Assembly (NCBI RefSeq): GCF_001194135.2
Contig: NC_068988.1
Span: 21,924,744 to 21,971,483, forward strand
Direction: 5' to 3'
DNA from: Octopus bimaculoides
Lineage: Eukaryota
Length of the DNA stretch: 46,740 bases
The notes below the pieces were generated by a model. It was not told the origin of the DNA and made no database searches. It saw only the letters and a list, made by a program, of their open reading frames with translations. Positions 1-12,342 of the stretch are shown one piece after another (the first letter of the stretch is position 1; each line of letters begins with the position of its first letter). A program made the translations under genes and the position numbers.

Positions 1-110
1 TATATATATATATATATATATATGCATATGTGTATATTTTTGTGAATGCATTTACATGTAGATATATGCATGTATGCACGCACAGACAAATATTCACGCA
101 CACATATATG

Positions 111-180
<70 letters not shown>

Positions 181-601
181 TATATATATACATGTATGTG
201 TGTGTGTGTGTGTGTGTGCTATACCTCATAGTGCAATTTAGTTGGGAAAGTAAAGACTGTTAACTAACTGTCAGTAATTTTCTTAACGGAACTATTCACC
301 GAAAATGTGTTTAATATTCAAATGAATCAGTCTGATTTAGTTATTAGTGTCTGAAAAGTATCGTTGAATGCAACTTCACAGTAATTGTAAATTGTAGCAT
401 ATTCGACTGCTGAGGAAGTTATAATATACTGGAAACGGTATCGTTCAGTGGATCACTCATTCACGGTCCATACTGAGGCTGTATAATAAACATAACTGAC
501 GTTAACCACTGTTTCATGCATTAAGTAAATTAATTAAATACATTAATTTATTTATAATCGCTATCACAGTTAAAATCTTCGGGTATTCAACATTGTAAAC
601 A

Positions 602-652
<51 letters not shown>

Positions 653-654
<2 letters not shown>

Positions 655-945
655 ATGGTGGTTGTCTACTCCTTAAACAGAGTTTGACCACCTCCTGCAC
701 CTACACCTTAGCCCTTTCATGGCGTCTGATGCGGCTTTTTAAACCACACAGTGTTTTGAAAAAACACCCACACAGATGGCACCTCTGATTTGCACTATCA
801 ATACCTGCAAGTAAGTTCTGCTCATTATGGATCCTAACATGTCTTTTAAGATCCCCATTGGATTTGCAAACCCTCTGGCACACACCACATTCAAACGTGT
901 GCACAGACATATAATCAGAATAGCTGGATGAGGTTTGTTTTCCAT
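653..945 (-). mobile_element. 5'-truncated 3' end of a non-LTR retrotransposon (RTE-like) with two C-terminal C2H2 zinc fingers and an (AT)n tail
   Basis: Minus frame reads CGVCQRVCKSNGDLKRHVRIH (C-x2-C-x12-H-x3-H) and CHLCGCFFKTLCGLKSRIRRH (first His replaced by Arg). Stop at 701-703, about 50 nt 3'UTR, then (AT)n. No TGEKP linker or splice acceptor; microsatellites on both sides. Confidence 0.6.
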
Positions 946-950
946 ATATG

Positions 951-984
<34 letters not shown>

Positions 985-1099
985 GTGTCTTTGATAAGTG
1001 CCAACGCACAAAACTCTCGAACCTTCAGACATGATGTTGCTTCTGCTAAATAGCAATAAAAAAAATATATATACTCATATTTGAGGCCTATTTTTTCCT

Positions 1100-1195
1100 G
1101 TTTGCATCAAGATATCTTGCTCATAGTAGCGGGCAATGGGACTGAACCTAGACACAGGTGGTTGCAAAACAAGCTTGATAACAACGCAACCATTC
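1100..1195 (-). mobile_element. Degenerate tRNA-derived SINE head (family A)
   Basis: Reverse complement resembles the head of the 36287 element (…caaccac…ggttcagtccca…gcaag). Confidence 0.45.
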
Positions 1196-1668
1196 AAATA
1201 TCATACCACTCACTTTTCAGGACATATGTGATTTGAATGAGATTTGGTTTCTAATTCCATTAAGTCGAGCGATGGCATAAAGATTCCTCCGATGGTTCGT
1301 CATTTTTATTGTCGCTGGTGTTTTCATTGCTGTTGTGTTTGTTGTTGCTGTTTTTGTAACATGCTTTTGGTAATCCCTAAGTATTTCTTGCAGTCAGAGA
1401 TTTTTCTAAGATATATCTTTTGACATATATTCAGAACAAGTGTGACTCCAGAGATAAACAAACATAAGCGACATTTGTTATCCCGAAAACCCTAATTTTT
1501 TAACTTGCGACACTGATGTCGGTGACATATTTAACACGTCTCACTGTAACCTTAGAACATTCTTGAAATTGTACGAACGCCGAACTGTAGTGCTAAGTGT
1601 TGAGAGGGCAACAGTAAGATGCGAGGTTAGATAAAAATGCAACACCATTAAAGGATGCCTTACACACG

Positions 1669-1737
<69 letters not shown>

Positions 1738-2213
1738 NNNNNNNNNNNNNNNNNNNNNNNNNNNNNNNNNNNNNNNNNNNNNNNNNNNNNNNNNNNNNNN
1801 NNNNNNNNNNNNNNNNNNNNNNNNNNNNNNNNNNNNNNNNNNNNNNNNNNNNNNNNNNNNNNNNNNNNNNNNNNNNNNNNNNNNNNNNNNNNNNNNNNNN
1901 NNNNNNNNNNNNNNNNNNNNNNNNNNNNNNNNNNNNNNNNNNNNNNNNNNNNNNNNNNNNNNNNNNNNNTATATACGTGTATTAAGTTTTACATATATGT
2001 GTGTGTGTGTGTGTCTTCGTGTGTATTTGTGTGGGGACGGTCTAACAAAAATGCCAATCTGCTATGAGCTTGGCAGCAGCTAAGGTCGAATATCAGGTTA
2101 GAGTCAAGTGTTATAATATATATACCTATTCATCCTACCTATCGTATTGAATGCTTCATCAAATGATGCCTGTACTCTGTATATACATATATATGTGTGC
2201 ATGTTTTACAGCA

Positions 2214-2306
<93 letters not shown>

Positions 2307-2641
2307 TTCCAGTATATTGAATTCACTTTCTCACGTCACAGCACTCCATATAAAGCATCGATAAACAAAGGAAGATTAACTAATTAAAAATGTCTACCCC
2401 GATTTAATTAAACAATCGGAAGTTCACATCAGGTTGCTTCAACATTGTTAGCTAAGGGACTCTTTACTGGTTGATCGTGTTAATCATGTATGGTCTACCA
2501 CATGTCTTTTATAAAAGAGTGACACTGTGCCAATATATGTAATTCTTATAAGGTTTGCTAAGGCAATAATATTCGGGTCATTTGATTTGGTTACGTATTA
2601 TTCTTCACGTTACGATCTCCATCTGGTATGGTTGACCATAC

Positions 2642-2749
2642 CAGATGAATAAGTATCGTCAGGTCTAGGCAAGATGTTTTTGCGAAAGACTGGTGGTTTC
2701 GTATGTCTGCTCTTGTCAAGCGACTGAGGTTTATCTTTGGGAAAATTCA
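2642..2749 (-). CDS. Candidate 108-nt phase-1/phase-1 coding exon, product unknown
   Basis: tatatcAG|TG AAT…TCA TCT G|GTATGG; open frame xNFPKDKPQSLDKSRHTKPPVFRKNILPRPDDTYSS. Polypyrimidine tract is weak. Confidence 0.25.
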
Positions 2750-4139
2750 CTGATATAGGCCAATACATCCTGTTACTAATGCCGTTGCAAATGTTACTGA
2801 CATAACTCAAAGCAACAGATAAGATCCAGCAAAGTATTTTGTATCGTCCTCTAGCATGTCACCAATCTATAGCTCTGGATTGAGGTTGTTTTATAAAAAC
2901 AGAAAGGATGAAAGACAAAGTTGACCTTAATAATATTTGAACTGAATGCGCAGAAATTCGAGACAAAATATCACTGGGCATTGCGTCAAACTTTTTCACA
3001 AGGATGCTAATTCGCTTCCTTCTTTTAGCATTAAAATCTGCAAGCTTGTCTCTGTGGCATTTATTCTACCGTAATAAATTAAGGTCGTGGTATAATTAAA
3101 AACATAGATTATATTTGGAAAGAAAAACTAAAATAAGAATAAAACAAATAACAAAAACAAAATATTAGTGAGATATGTCAACCGTCTCGACCGACTCCAA
3201 CCAAAAACAGTTTTATTGTTTCGTCCGTAATGCCCTGTGTAAAGATTTATTGATGCCCAAAGCAGTCATCGATAAATTCTGATCATTGTATGAAATAATC
3301 GATCAGATAACCTCTGACTATTCGGTATTGAAGAAAATTTACCATATCGATAATACAGAAGCAACTCAAAGAATCTTTTATGCGAAAAACTTCTGATAAA
3401 TATTTGATTAAATACGCATAAGAAACTGTCTAGAGTCTGAAGTATGAAGTTTTTCGAAAAGAAACGCAATGGCGATTCTGTGTAAGAAAACTGTATAGAA
3501 GGATTTGTGATTCTGAGATCTTTTTTTCTTGCATTTGTTAACCCCAGGACAATTATGCTCAAAAGATATTGTATGCATAATTATCTCGCTCTTTGTTTTC
3601 CACGAATAGTGTATCTAGGAATACATCATCTAATGTGCACCGTTACCCGGTGTAAAGTAGCATGAAGGAGACTTGGCCGTTATGTGAAGCAGTCCAGAGG
3701 GATAAACGACCATATTGATGCTTCTTTAATGGCCTGCTGTTTTGTGATGTCTATTGTTATTATGCGTGTGTATATATATATATATATATCCTTAGAGAGA
3801 AGTAAACTGCCATATCGTTAGTGCGTCGTCAAAATAACCTGTGATCGTTCTTTATTCCGGTTCTATACCTTCTAACCCACAAGTCACGTTGAGATGGAAT
3901 TTCTCTTTCATGCTTCCCGGGTGGATAAATTAAGATGGTTTGAACACAAAACATAGTCAAAATAATCAACTACCACAAGAAATTTTGTCTGGCTCTCTAA
4001 CAATTCTAACTATCCATTATCCTTTGAACAGATACATAGTGATACCTGTGATACACTGAGCTCGATGTAATCCACCAACCTCTATTCTTAATATTACCGT
4101 CCTTTTGCGTCTTCAGAGTAAATAATTAGACCGAAAAAG

Positions 4140-4270
4140 TGACAGAGACGTTAGAGTTTCGGTTAGAATATGTCACAATATTTATCTCGAGTCTTCGTAC
4201 TTTGCGTTCAAATCTAGCCGATTTTAAATTTGCCTTTCATATTTTCGGGGTCGATAAAAAATGAACCCAG
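4140..4270 (+). mobile_element. tRNA-derived SINE fragment (family M, central motif gcctttcatcctttcggggtcgataaaa)
   Basis: B-box-like gcgttcaaatc followed by tttgcctttcatattttcggggtcgataaaaatgaacccag. Confidence 0.75.
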
Positions 4271-4844
4271 CTAGAGCAGATCTGCTTTAGGAACGGATGA
4301 GATGCCTTGTTTTATCTTTTCCGGTGCGTTTCATTTGAGGACAACAGCACTGGTGCCAAGCTATATAGCTTCTTGTCCTTACCTTGGACAACATCGATGC
4401 GCGAAGAGGGTATAGTAAGCATGCAAGGGCATCTACTAATCGTCCATCAAGAATATCTTCACAGGACGGCGCCTTAGAGAGGAACCTTTCAAATGCTGAA
4501 ACTCATACCCAACATGACCTGAGGGGCCCTTCCTCCAAAAATTATCTGCTTAAACTTTGCGCCTTTGATAGAGATGTAGCTTAATATATACTGGCTATTA
4601 ATTGTGTTTGTCTTCTAATGGTATATTTTAGGAACGTTGAGTCGTTTGATACCTCTCTTTTGCAATGTAGTATTAAGAATACAACATTTAATAAAACATT
4701 GATTTTAATCTGCAAAAACAGTAAATTCATAAGTAACTGTTTATATATCTACTATATGAATTTTTAAAACGCTTTCAGTTAGGCAAAATATAATTTTCTT
4801 ACAGCATCCTTGGACTATTTGACAAAATACCTTACAGTATTTAG

Positions 4845-4925
4845 TGACAGCCTTTTACTTTCTGAGTTCAAATTCTGCCGAGGTCAGCTTTAACTTCCAT
4901 CATTCAAGGATCAATAAAATAAACA
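4845..4925 (+). mobile_element. SINE family M fragment
   Basis: ttctgagttcaaattctgccgaggtcagcttt…catcattcaaggatcaataaaataa matches the other family M copies. Confidence 0.7.
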
Positions 4926-5044
4926 GACAAGCACCGGAATTGTTATAGTGATTTGTTACCCCCCACTCTCAGGTATATAACTTTATATCTATGTTAGTAG
5001 TCAATAATCTTTCCCGGCATAATCGGTAGAAGATCGGAAAAACG

Positions 5045-5282
5045 TTGGGTACATATCTAGCAATATTGGGTTCTAATTTTGACACAAGGCCAGCAGTTTC
5101 GTGGAAGTGGGTAAGTCGATTGCATCCATCCCATTGCTCAAATGGAAACTGTGCTTTTTTCGACCCCGAAAAGATGAAAGAAAAATCGACCTCGGCAATA
5201 TTTGAACTCAGAACGCAAACACGGACGGAATGCTGGTAAGCATTTCGCTTGGCGTGATAACACCGCTGGAACCTCACCTCCA
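5045..5282 (-). mobile_element. Near full-length SINE family M copy
   Basis: tcgaccccgaaaagatgaaag…tcgacctcggcaatatttgaactcagaacg…aagcatttcgc is the reverse complement of the family head and central domain. Confidence 0.85.
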
Positions 5283-5304
5283 AAATGTCTTCCAATATTA
5301 AGTC

Positions 5305-5525
5305 ACTGATGTTTACGTTCTGAGTTCAAATCCAGCCGAAATCGACTTTGCCTTTCATCCTTCTGTAGTTGATAAAATAAAGTGCCAGTCAGATTTCAAC
5401 TTCTATTCTCTCTCCCAAAGTTTTGTCTATGCAATGAATCAATATTGGTTTTATATTTAAAGAGTTCAAAATTCCCCCAAAATCGACATAGCTTTCCATC
5501 ATTCAGTAGTCGATAAAATAAATAT
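5305..5525 (+). mobile_element. Two adjacent SINE family M fragments
   Basis: tacgttctgagttcaaatccagccgaaatcgactttgcctttcatcc at about 5315-5390, and a more decayed copy at about 5460-5525. Confidence 0.75.
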
Positions 5526-6011
5526 TAAAAGTGAACCGACTATAGTAAAAGAGTAGGATTGAAGGAAACGTGTGACATTTTCTCCCGGCAAATATTGATA
5601 CAAAGAGTTCAAAAGATGCAATGTTTACGGCGTAAAGAGAAAAGATATTTGAGCCACAGACATATGTTCTCTGGCGGGGAGAAATAAACTCTTTATTTGT
5701 CTTACTGTAAAAATGAAATGGTTGTAGTCAGAGACAAAGAAGAACTAAGTGGAGAGGAGGACTGAGAAGTAATAAAGGGGAAGCAGAGCGCAGAGTGAGG
5801 AAGGAGCAAATAATATAGCAGAAACAACCGTATGGCAATGGCAGTTATTACGTAACGGTAGCTCCTTTGTTATATTTATTTATTCATTAGTACACATACG
5901 TATGTATATGTACGTATGAGAGTGCGTATGTCTTAGTGTATGTGTATGTATAGATATGTTGTATATGTATGTTTTTACATGGTTATAGATATGTATATAT
6001 ATGTATATACA

Positions 6012-6042
<31 letters not shown>

Positions 6043-6721
6043 NNNNNNNNNNNNNNNNNNNNNNNNNNNNNNNNNNNNNNNNNNNNNNNNNNNNNNNNNN
6101 NNNNNNNNNNNNNNNNNNNNNNNNNNNNNNNNNNNNNNNNNNNNNNNNNNNNNNNNNNNNNNNNNNNNNNNNNNNNNNNNNNNNNNNNNNNNNNNNNNNN
6201 NNNNNNNNNNNNNNNNNNNNNNNNNNNNNNNNNNNNNNNNNNNNNNNNNNNNNNNNNNNNNNNNNNNNNNNNNNNNNNNNNNNNNNNNNNNNNNNNNNNN
6301 NNNNNNNNNNNNNNNNNNNNNNNNNNNNNNNNNNNNNNNNNNNNNNNNNNNNNNNNNNNNNNNNNNNNNNNNNNNNNNNNNNNNNNNNNNNNNNNNNNNN
6401 NNNNNNNNNNNNNNNNNNNNNNNNNNNNNNNNNNNNNNNNNNNNNNNNNNNNNNNNNNNNNNNNNNNNNNNNNNNNNNNNNNNNNNNNNNNNNNNNNNNN
6501 NNNNNNNNNNNNNNNNNNNNNNNNNNNNNNNNNNNNNNNNNNNNNNNNNNNNNNNNNNNNNNNNNNNNNNNNNNNNNNNNNNNNNNNNNNNNNNNNNNNN
6601 NNNNNNNNNNNNNNNNNNNNNNNNNNNNNNNNNNNNNNNNNNNNNNNNNNNNNNNNNNNNNNNNNNNNNNNNNNNNNNNNNNNNNNNNNNNNNNNNNNNN
6701 NNNNNNNNNNNNNNNNNNNNN

Positions 6722-6840
<119 letters not shown>

Positions 6841-8142
6841 TGCATGAATGTATACATGTATGTATATATGTTCATTGGAAGTTGATAATTCACCCTGTCG
6901 CTACGCAGAGATTTTCGCTCTGTGAGAAAAGCTACCAATCTGCAACGAGCGTTATCTTCAAAGGCGATTTAGTTTTAAGAAACTTTAGAATTTCATTTAA
7001 TATTGGTTATAAGTTTCTGTAGAACGCAACATAGCAGCATATCTTTAGCTGAACAAAAGGAATAAACAGCACTGCTTTGGGAATGCTATACTTCAAATAT
7101 TTGCCAGTATAAATATTCGCAGCAAGTTTAGTCTGGATGGATATTTGGACGTCTGTATGGAAGTCGTGTCCTTTTACGTGGCGTGGTGCTCAAAAGTCAC
7201 TTGCAGATTGATCATTATCGGTTTTGCCGTTTGTTCGCAGCAGTAGGAGTGTCTTGTTTTGTTGATAGCTACGAGGTCTCCCAGAGTCGTGCAGTAGGAA
7301 TTAAAGGTATTTCAGCGTTTAGTCATATTCTTCAATGGATATAACATAATACAATAAATACCGCTTTTCTGAAGAGCAAGGTATCAAATGGAAGACAAAA
7401 GCCAAACAGCAGCAGCGGTAACAACGACTGTAAGAACAAGAACAAGAACAAGAACAACAGCAACAACAACAGCAACAACAACAAAAGACAGACAAAGAAA
7501 TTAGATATTTCTACAACTTCATGTTTGCTGCTTTATATTAATACAGAATATGGCGACTAATGTTCTGTTAACCTGGTGCGTGTTCAGCGATCAAATTCAT
7601 TCCTAGAATGTTTGGCAACGATTGAGTTAAAAGTAATAAGAGAGCCTCTATGTGATTGGTACTCTGCTAGAAATGACAGTTAAATATCTTGCATATCGCC
7701 CTCTGTCCTATAAATTATTACTTAAAAAAAAAACAGACAGAATATATTGCATAATGTAATTCGAAATGAAATGCGTCTGGAAAGACGTGTTGGACACGGC
7801 TAGAATGCCTTTGATCGGCAGTTTTAAGAGAAACTCTGCAAGTTAACTCGACCTGCTAGATATAACAACCAAATCCTTCTCAAAATCTACTCGAACGTTT
7901 AGAAGGAAAGATATGAAGATAATTTGTAGAGTGTGATAATTGATTAAACAAAGAATAACGGACAACTAACGTCTCTTGTTCTTTCCAAATTTGTAGAAAT
8001 GATTTCTTGTGAAAAACATAAATTCTATCGTAAGCAGACTGGGAGGTATGGAGTTCAAAGGTTATTTAAGCAGACATACATTAACGCCTTAATGTACGAA
8101 AGGCAACGGTGCGAAGTTATTGATTTGTAAACAGTAAGGTAT

Positions 8143-8380
8143 GGAGGCGCAATGACCCAGTGGTTAGGGCAGCGGACTCGCGGTCAGAGGATCGCGGTTT
8201 CGATTCTCAGACCGGGCGTTGTGAGTGTTTATTGAGCGGAAACACCTAAGCTCCACGAGGCTCTGGCAGGGGGTGGTGGCGACTCTTGTTGTACTCTTTC
8301 GCCCCAACCTTCTCTCACTCTCTCTTCCTGTTTCTTGAGTAACGGTGCGATGGACTGGCGTCCCGTTCATCTGAGGGCGA
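8143..8380 (+). mobile_element. tRNA-derived SINE (head type C) ending in a V-domain-like segment
   Basis: A-box-like tgacccagtgg and B-box-like ggtttcgattc. Head nearly identical to the reverse complement of 34930-35044. Ends gcgatggactggcgtcccgt, which resembles the V-SINE central domain as I recall it. Confidence 0.85.
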
Positions 8381-8736
8381 AGAAAAGGGTGAAGAAAAAA
8401 AAAATGAAGGTATTCTTTACACATATTTAATGCACGAAACTCTAGGTCCTTGAGTAAATTATGTAGCTTTCNNNNNNNNNNNNNNNNNNNNNNNNNNNNN
8501 NNNNNNNNNNNNNNNNNNNNNNNNNNNNNNNNNNNNNNNNNNNNNACACACACACACAAACATACACACACACACAAACATACACACACACATGCACAAT
8601 CACAAACACACAAACGTGCATCCGTTGTGTGCTACAGAAGTGTTGGATTAAAATAGCCATTAATATCTGAAACTTAAAGGAAACACATTATTGAAAGGCG
8701 GATTTACTGCGGTGTCCGCCCGGAGATAATCTCCCT

Positions 8737-8741
<5 letters not shown>

Positions 8742-8781
<40 letters not shown>

Positions 8782-8914
8782 TATTTGTCTGTGTGTCTAT
8801 CTGTCTATCTGTCTATCTGTCTATCTATTTATCTGTCTGTCTGTCTGTCTATATATCTGCCAGCCTGTCTGTCTCGCTTCCTACCTGCATGTCTGTCTGT
8901 CTGTCTGTCTGTTG

Positions 8915-8973
<59 letters not shown>

Positions 8974-9070
8974 GTCTGTCTGTCTGTCTGTCTTTGTTTC
9001 TTTGTTTCTTTCTTTCTTTCTTTGTTTGTTTGTTTGTTTGTTTGTTTGTTTCTTTGTTTCTTTCTTTCTT
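8742..9070. repeat. Compound microsatellite (CT)n-(TCTA)n-(TCTG)n-(TTTG/TTTC)n
   Basis: Directly visible tandem di- and tetranucleotide units. Confidence 0.95.
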
Positions 9071-9599
9071 ATGAATTCAGAATCTTGTGGCTAGTACAGA
9101 AAAACTTCCCTAACGGACTCGGTTATCAAACCACATAAAAATGCAATAGGGAGAAGTGTATTGTAGAATGTCATGAAATTTAGAAGAGAAGATCTGATCA
9201 ATAAATTTAGTTCATGAGGTGCAAATGCACTCTAGGGCTGAGGCTAACCATCCCCCAAATCTATCCCATAAATAATAAGAAATGAGCACTGGAAGCGATA
9301 GGGATTAAACATGATATATATTAATAACAGGCTGATGTAGACTTTCGCCGAGTCAACGTACACGGTTTGATTACAAGTAGGAAAGACTTTATGCCTTTGA
9401 CGCGACTATCGTTTGGCAAGCCTTAAATACATCTGATTCCAGTTTGGAGTTTGAAAATGAATAATCGGATATAAGCAAGAGGCTTGTCGTTTGTTAAGTG
9501 CCGTAGCAATGGTGAGATATTGGATAAGGAAGCCTAAATTTCTACTTGAAATCGTTATAGTAATAATTTCATTTAATATGGTTTCAGATTTAGGCGCAT

Positions 9600-9780
9600 G
9601 GTCAGTAATTGTGAGAGGCGGGGGATAGGGTATTCAAGAACATGGGGCCTCTACTCGATTTCTACTTAATTTTGTTTACTCCGGGTTAATGTATAACAAA
9701 GTCGACCTCGGAATGATTTGAAACCAGATGCTAAAGAGTCGGAAGAAATAACGCAAGGTATTTTCCCGACGTAAAAGTTA
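9600..9780 (-). mobile_element. Decayed SINE family M copy
   Basis: aaagtcgacctcggaatgatttgaaaccag…gaaataacgcaaggtattttccc. Confidence 0.65.
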
Positions 9781-10029
9781 CTTCTTATTTGAGCGCATGA
9801 CCTGCATTTCTGTGCAGTTGGGTGTGTCGATACCAACCACTTTAGAACTTATTTTCACCGGTCTCGGGTGGATTAAATGCAAAGCTGACCATGACTGGAT
9901 ATTTAATTTCGATATTCAGATTCAGTACCGTTAAAATAATGAGCAGCACACATTCTCCAATTTTCTTTCTAAATATACGAAGTGTTTTGCATATGGATCA
10001 AAAATATATCTCAGACAGACAGACACATA

Positions 10030-10198
10030 TATACGACGGTCTTCTTTCAGTTTCCGTCTACCAAATCCACTCACAAGGCTTTGGTCGGCCCGAGGCTATA
10101 GTAGAAGACACTTGCCCAAAGTACCACGCAGTGGGACTGAACCGGGAACCATGTGGTTCGTAAACAAGCTACTTACCACACAGCCACTTCTAAGCCTA
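10030..10198 (-). mobile_element. SINE family A 5' half
   Basis: Near-exact reverse complement of 36290-36450 (ccaaatccactcacaaggctttggtcggcccgaggctatagtagaagacacttgccc…gtgggactgaacc). Confidence 0.92.
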
Positions 10199-10429
10199 TA
10201 GTTATTATCTTCAACAGTAGCCGCACTAGCTGCTGTGTCCGTCTTCCATGACCACCACCAAAACTAGAGCAACATATTGTCGTTCTCAGCATCAACACGG
10301 AGCATTACGGAAATCGTCATCATCACCATCGTTTTCTTTCTGCTCCCAACATCATGCACACACAATATCAATAGAACAACCGTTAACACCTGACCATCAC
10401 AGATACCTTTCTCAATATTAGTCATCGTT

Positions 10430-11215
10430 ATCATTGTTACCGCCGTTTTCTTCTTCTTCTTCTTCTTTTTCTTCTTCTTCTTCTTCTTCTTCTTCTTCTT
10501 CTTCTTCTTCTTCTTCTTCTTCTTCTGCTGCTGCTTCTTCTTTTTCTTTTTCTTCTTCTTCTTTTTCTTCTTCTTCTTCTTCTTCTTNNNNNNNNNNTCC
10601 TCTTCTTCTTCTTCTTCTTCTTCTTCTTCTCCTCCTCCTCCTCCTTCTTCTTTTTCTCCCTTTTCCACTTTTCTTCTTCTTCTTCTTCTTCTTCTTCTTC
10701 TTCTTCTTCTTCTTCTTCTTCTTCTCTTCCTCCTTCCTGTCTCCGCCTCCTCTACTTTCACATCGTCTTCGTCGTCATCGTCGCCATTGTCGTCTTCTTC
10801 CTCCTCCTCATCACCATCATCATCATTACCTTCCTCCTCTTTGCCTCCTCTGCATCATCATCATCATCATCGTCGTCCTCATCATCACCATCATCATCAT
10901 CACCACAACCACCACCACCAGCAGCTGCAACAGCACCAGCAGCAGCAGTAGTAGTAGCAGCAATAACAGCAGTAACACAGGTTGCATAATTATAATTATC
11001 GTTGTCATCGTCGTCAACGTCATTATCATCATGATCATCATCCTTTTCCTCCACCTCCGTCATCATCATCGTTGTCGCCGTCATCATCATCCTTTTCTTC
11101 TACCTCATCATCATCATCGTCGTCCTAGTCGTCGTTTTCCAGAACACGGCCGCTGTGAACAACAGCATCACTTCTACATCTGTAACCCCACTTTCTCTCT
11201 CTCTCTTTCTCTATC
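10430..11215. repeat. Mixed trinucleotide low-complexity tract (CTT, CCT, CAT, CAC, CAG, CGT) with a 10-N gap
   Basis: Homopolymeric translations in all frames. Confidence 0.95.
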
Positions 11216-11876
11216 AACGACACCATCCTTAGCTCAGCCGATATAAATTACTTAAGCAAATCTCATCAGTAGGTCTGCATGTTATCCCAACAAGACAATG
11301 TCATGTGCTTGGCTGTCTGGACTCCAGCAGATGGCAAACTAAGCAGGCGAAGCAAGATGGAAGAAAAAAAATCAAGAGATTAAAGTCTCTTTGAAAACCC
11401 ATCAACAATTGTTCGATTTCGAAAGATTTTCATTAATAACAGACAACATTCGAGGATAGGCGGAAGTAGGAGGAGATTGCTTCTTGGAATTACGCTTCGA
11501 TTCTGGATATTGCCGAAATGTATTTGGTTCACGTGGTTTTATTCCATGCCCATTATACAATCCTACATATAATCGACCTGCATGTATCTCCAAGAGTGGC
11601 GTGTAAAGACTTACTTGACGTCGTAAATAATTATCAAAAGTAAATCACTATTATTAGCTTAAGACAAAGCTTATTTTAAGGTGAAAGTAAGACAAGATGA
11701 ACAAAATCAGAGAGAAATTCAGTATCTAGCTAGAAAATATCACGATCGCAACGATTAATTTCACCTTTCTTTCTGCTTCACTCACCTCTGTTTCACCGTG
11801 CTATTGCTTGTCAAAATCAATCAGACAATAACGATATTTATTTCTATTTTTGTTCCTTATATTCACCATTAAACAG

Positions 11877-11903
11877 AAAAGCAGCAGACGATAGAACCGG
11901 TAG
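11877..11903 (+). other. Candidate 27-nt (or 23-nt) microexon
   Basis: Long pyrimidine tract, then aaacAG|AAAAGCAGCAGACGATAGAACCGGTAG|GTGAGA; alternative donor CCG|GTAGGT. Two of three frames are open. Confidence 0.25.
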
Positions 11904-12190
11904 GTGAGAGCAAAATCAGCTAAATGGTCTGGTCAGCCGCACCTTCTTGGAAGCACTGATTTGTGTGTCCAAGTTAAAACATATTTATTTTTTAAACTGT
12001 ATGGTTCAAAACATCAAGATACCCATTGCGTTTTTTGTGTTACCGTTGTAAGTTAAAAATACAATGACACAATCATCTTAAAATTAACAAAAATAGATAA
12101 CAAAGTCAAGGCTGTGAACAGTTTTCAGAACATTTATAAGGAAAGAGATACAGATATAATCTTACTGCTGTTTCTGGATATCCTTCATAT

Positions 12191-12342
12191 AAAGTGTAAG
12201 GTAACCAGAACAGAGTCCAGAACCAAAAGGTGTTGCCGCTGATTTCCTTAATGGATTGTACACTAACGATGTGAAGCAGCATCCTTTCAAACGATTGTAG
12301 AGATGGGCTTAAATGGACTTTGTTCTGGTTTCCTTACACTTT
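12191..12342. repeat. 29-bp inverted repeat with a 94-nt spacer
   Basis: aaagtgtaaggtaaccagaacagagtcca (12191-12219) versus tggactttgttctggtttccttacacttt (12314-12342), 27/29 complementary. Confidence 0.9.

Noticed and set aside
701-1009. C2H2 zinc-finger host gene
   Set aside because: The ORF start lies in a microsatellite, there is no linker or acceptor, and it ends like a retroposed tail; treated as a LINE end.
7207-7306. Plus-strand 100-nt open exon candidate
   Set aside because: Weak acceptor, unremarkable peptide, no supporting neighbours.
8143-8215. tRNA gene (also 34970-35044 and 13389-13460)
   Set aside because: A and B boxes are present, but the sequence continues into shared SINE bodies with no clean acceptor stem or T-run terminator.
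10264-11246. Poly-S/K/H/D ORFs, and similar ones at 29929-31076
   Set aside because: Triplet microsatellites are stop-free in several frames on both strands; there is no domain or splice context.
11250-11593. Minus-strand ORF and an FAICWSP peptide resembling GPCR TM6
   Set aside because: The frame stops after 18 codons and no other GPCR segments are present.
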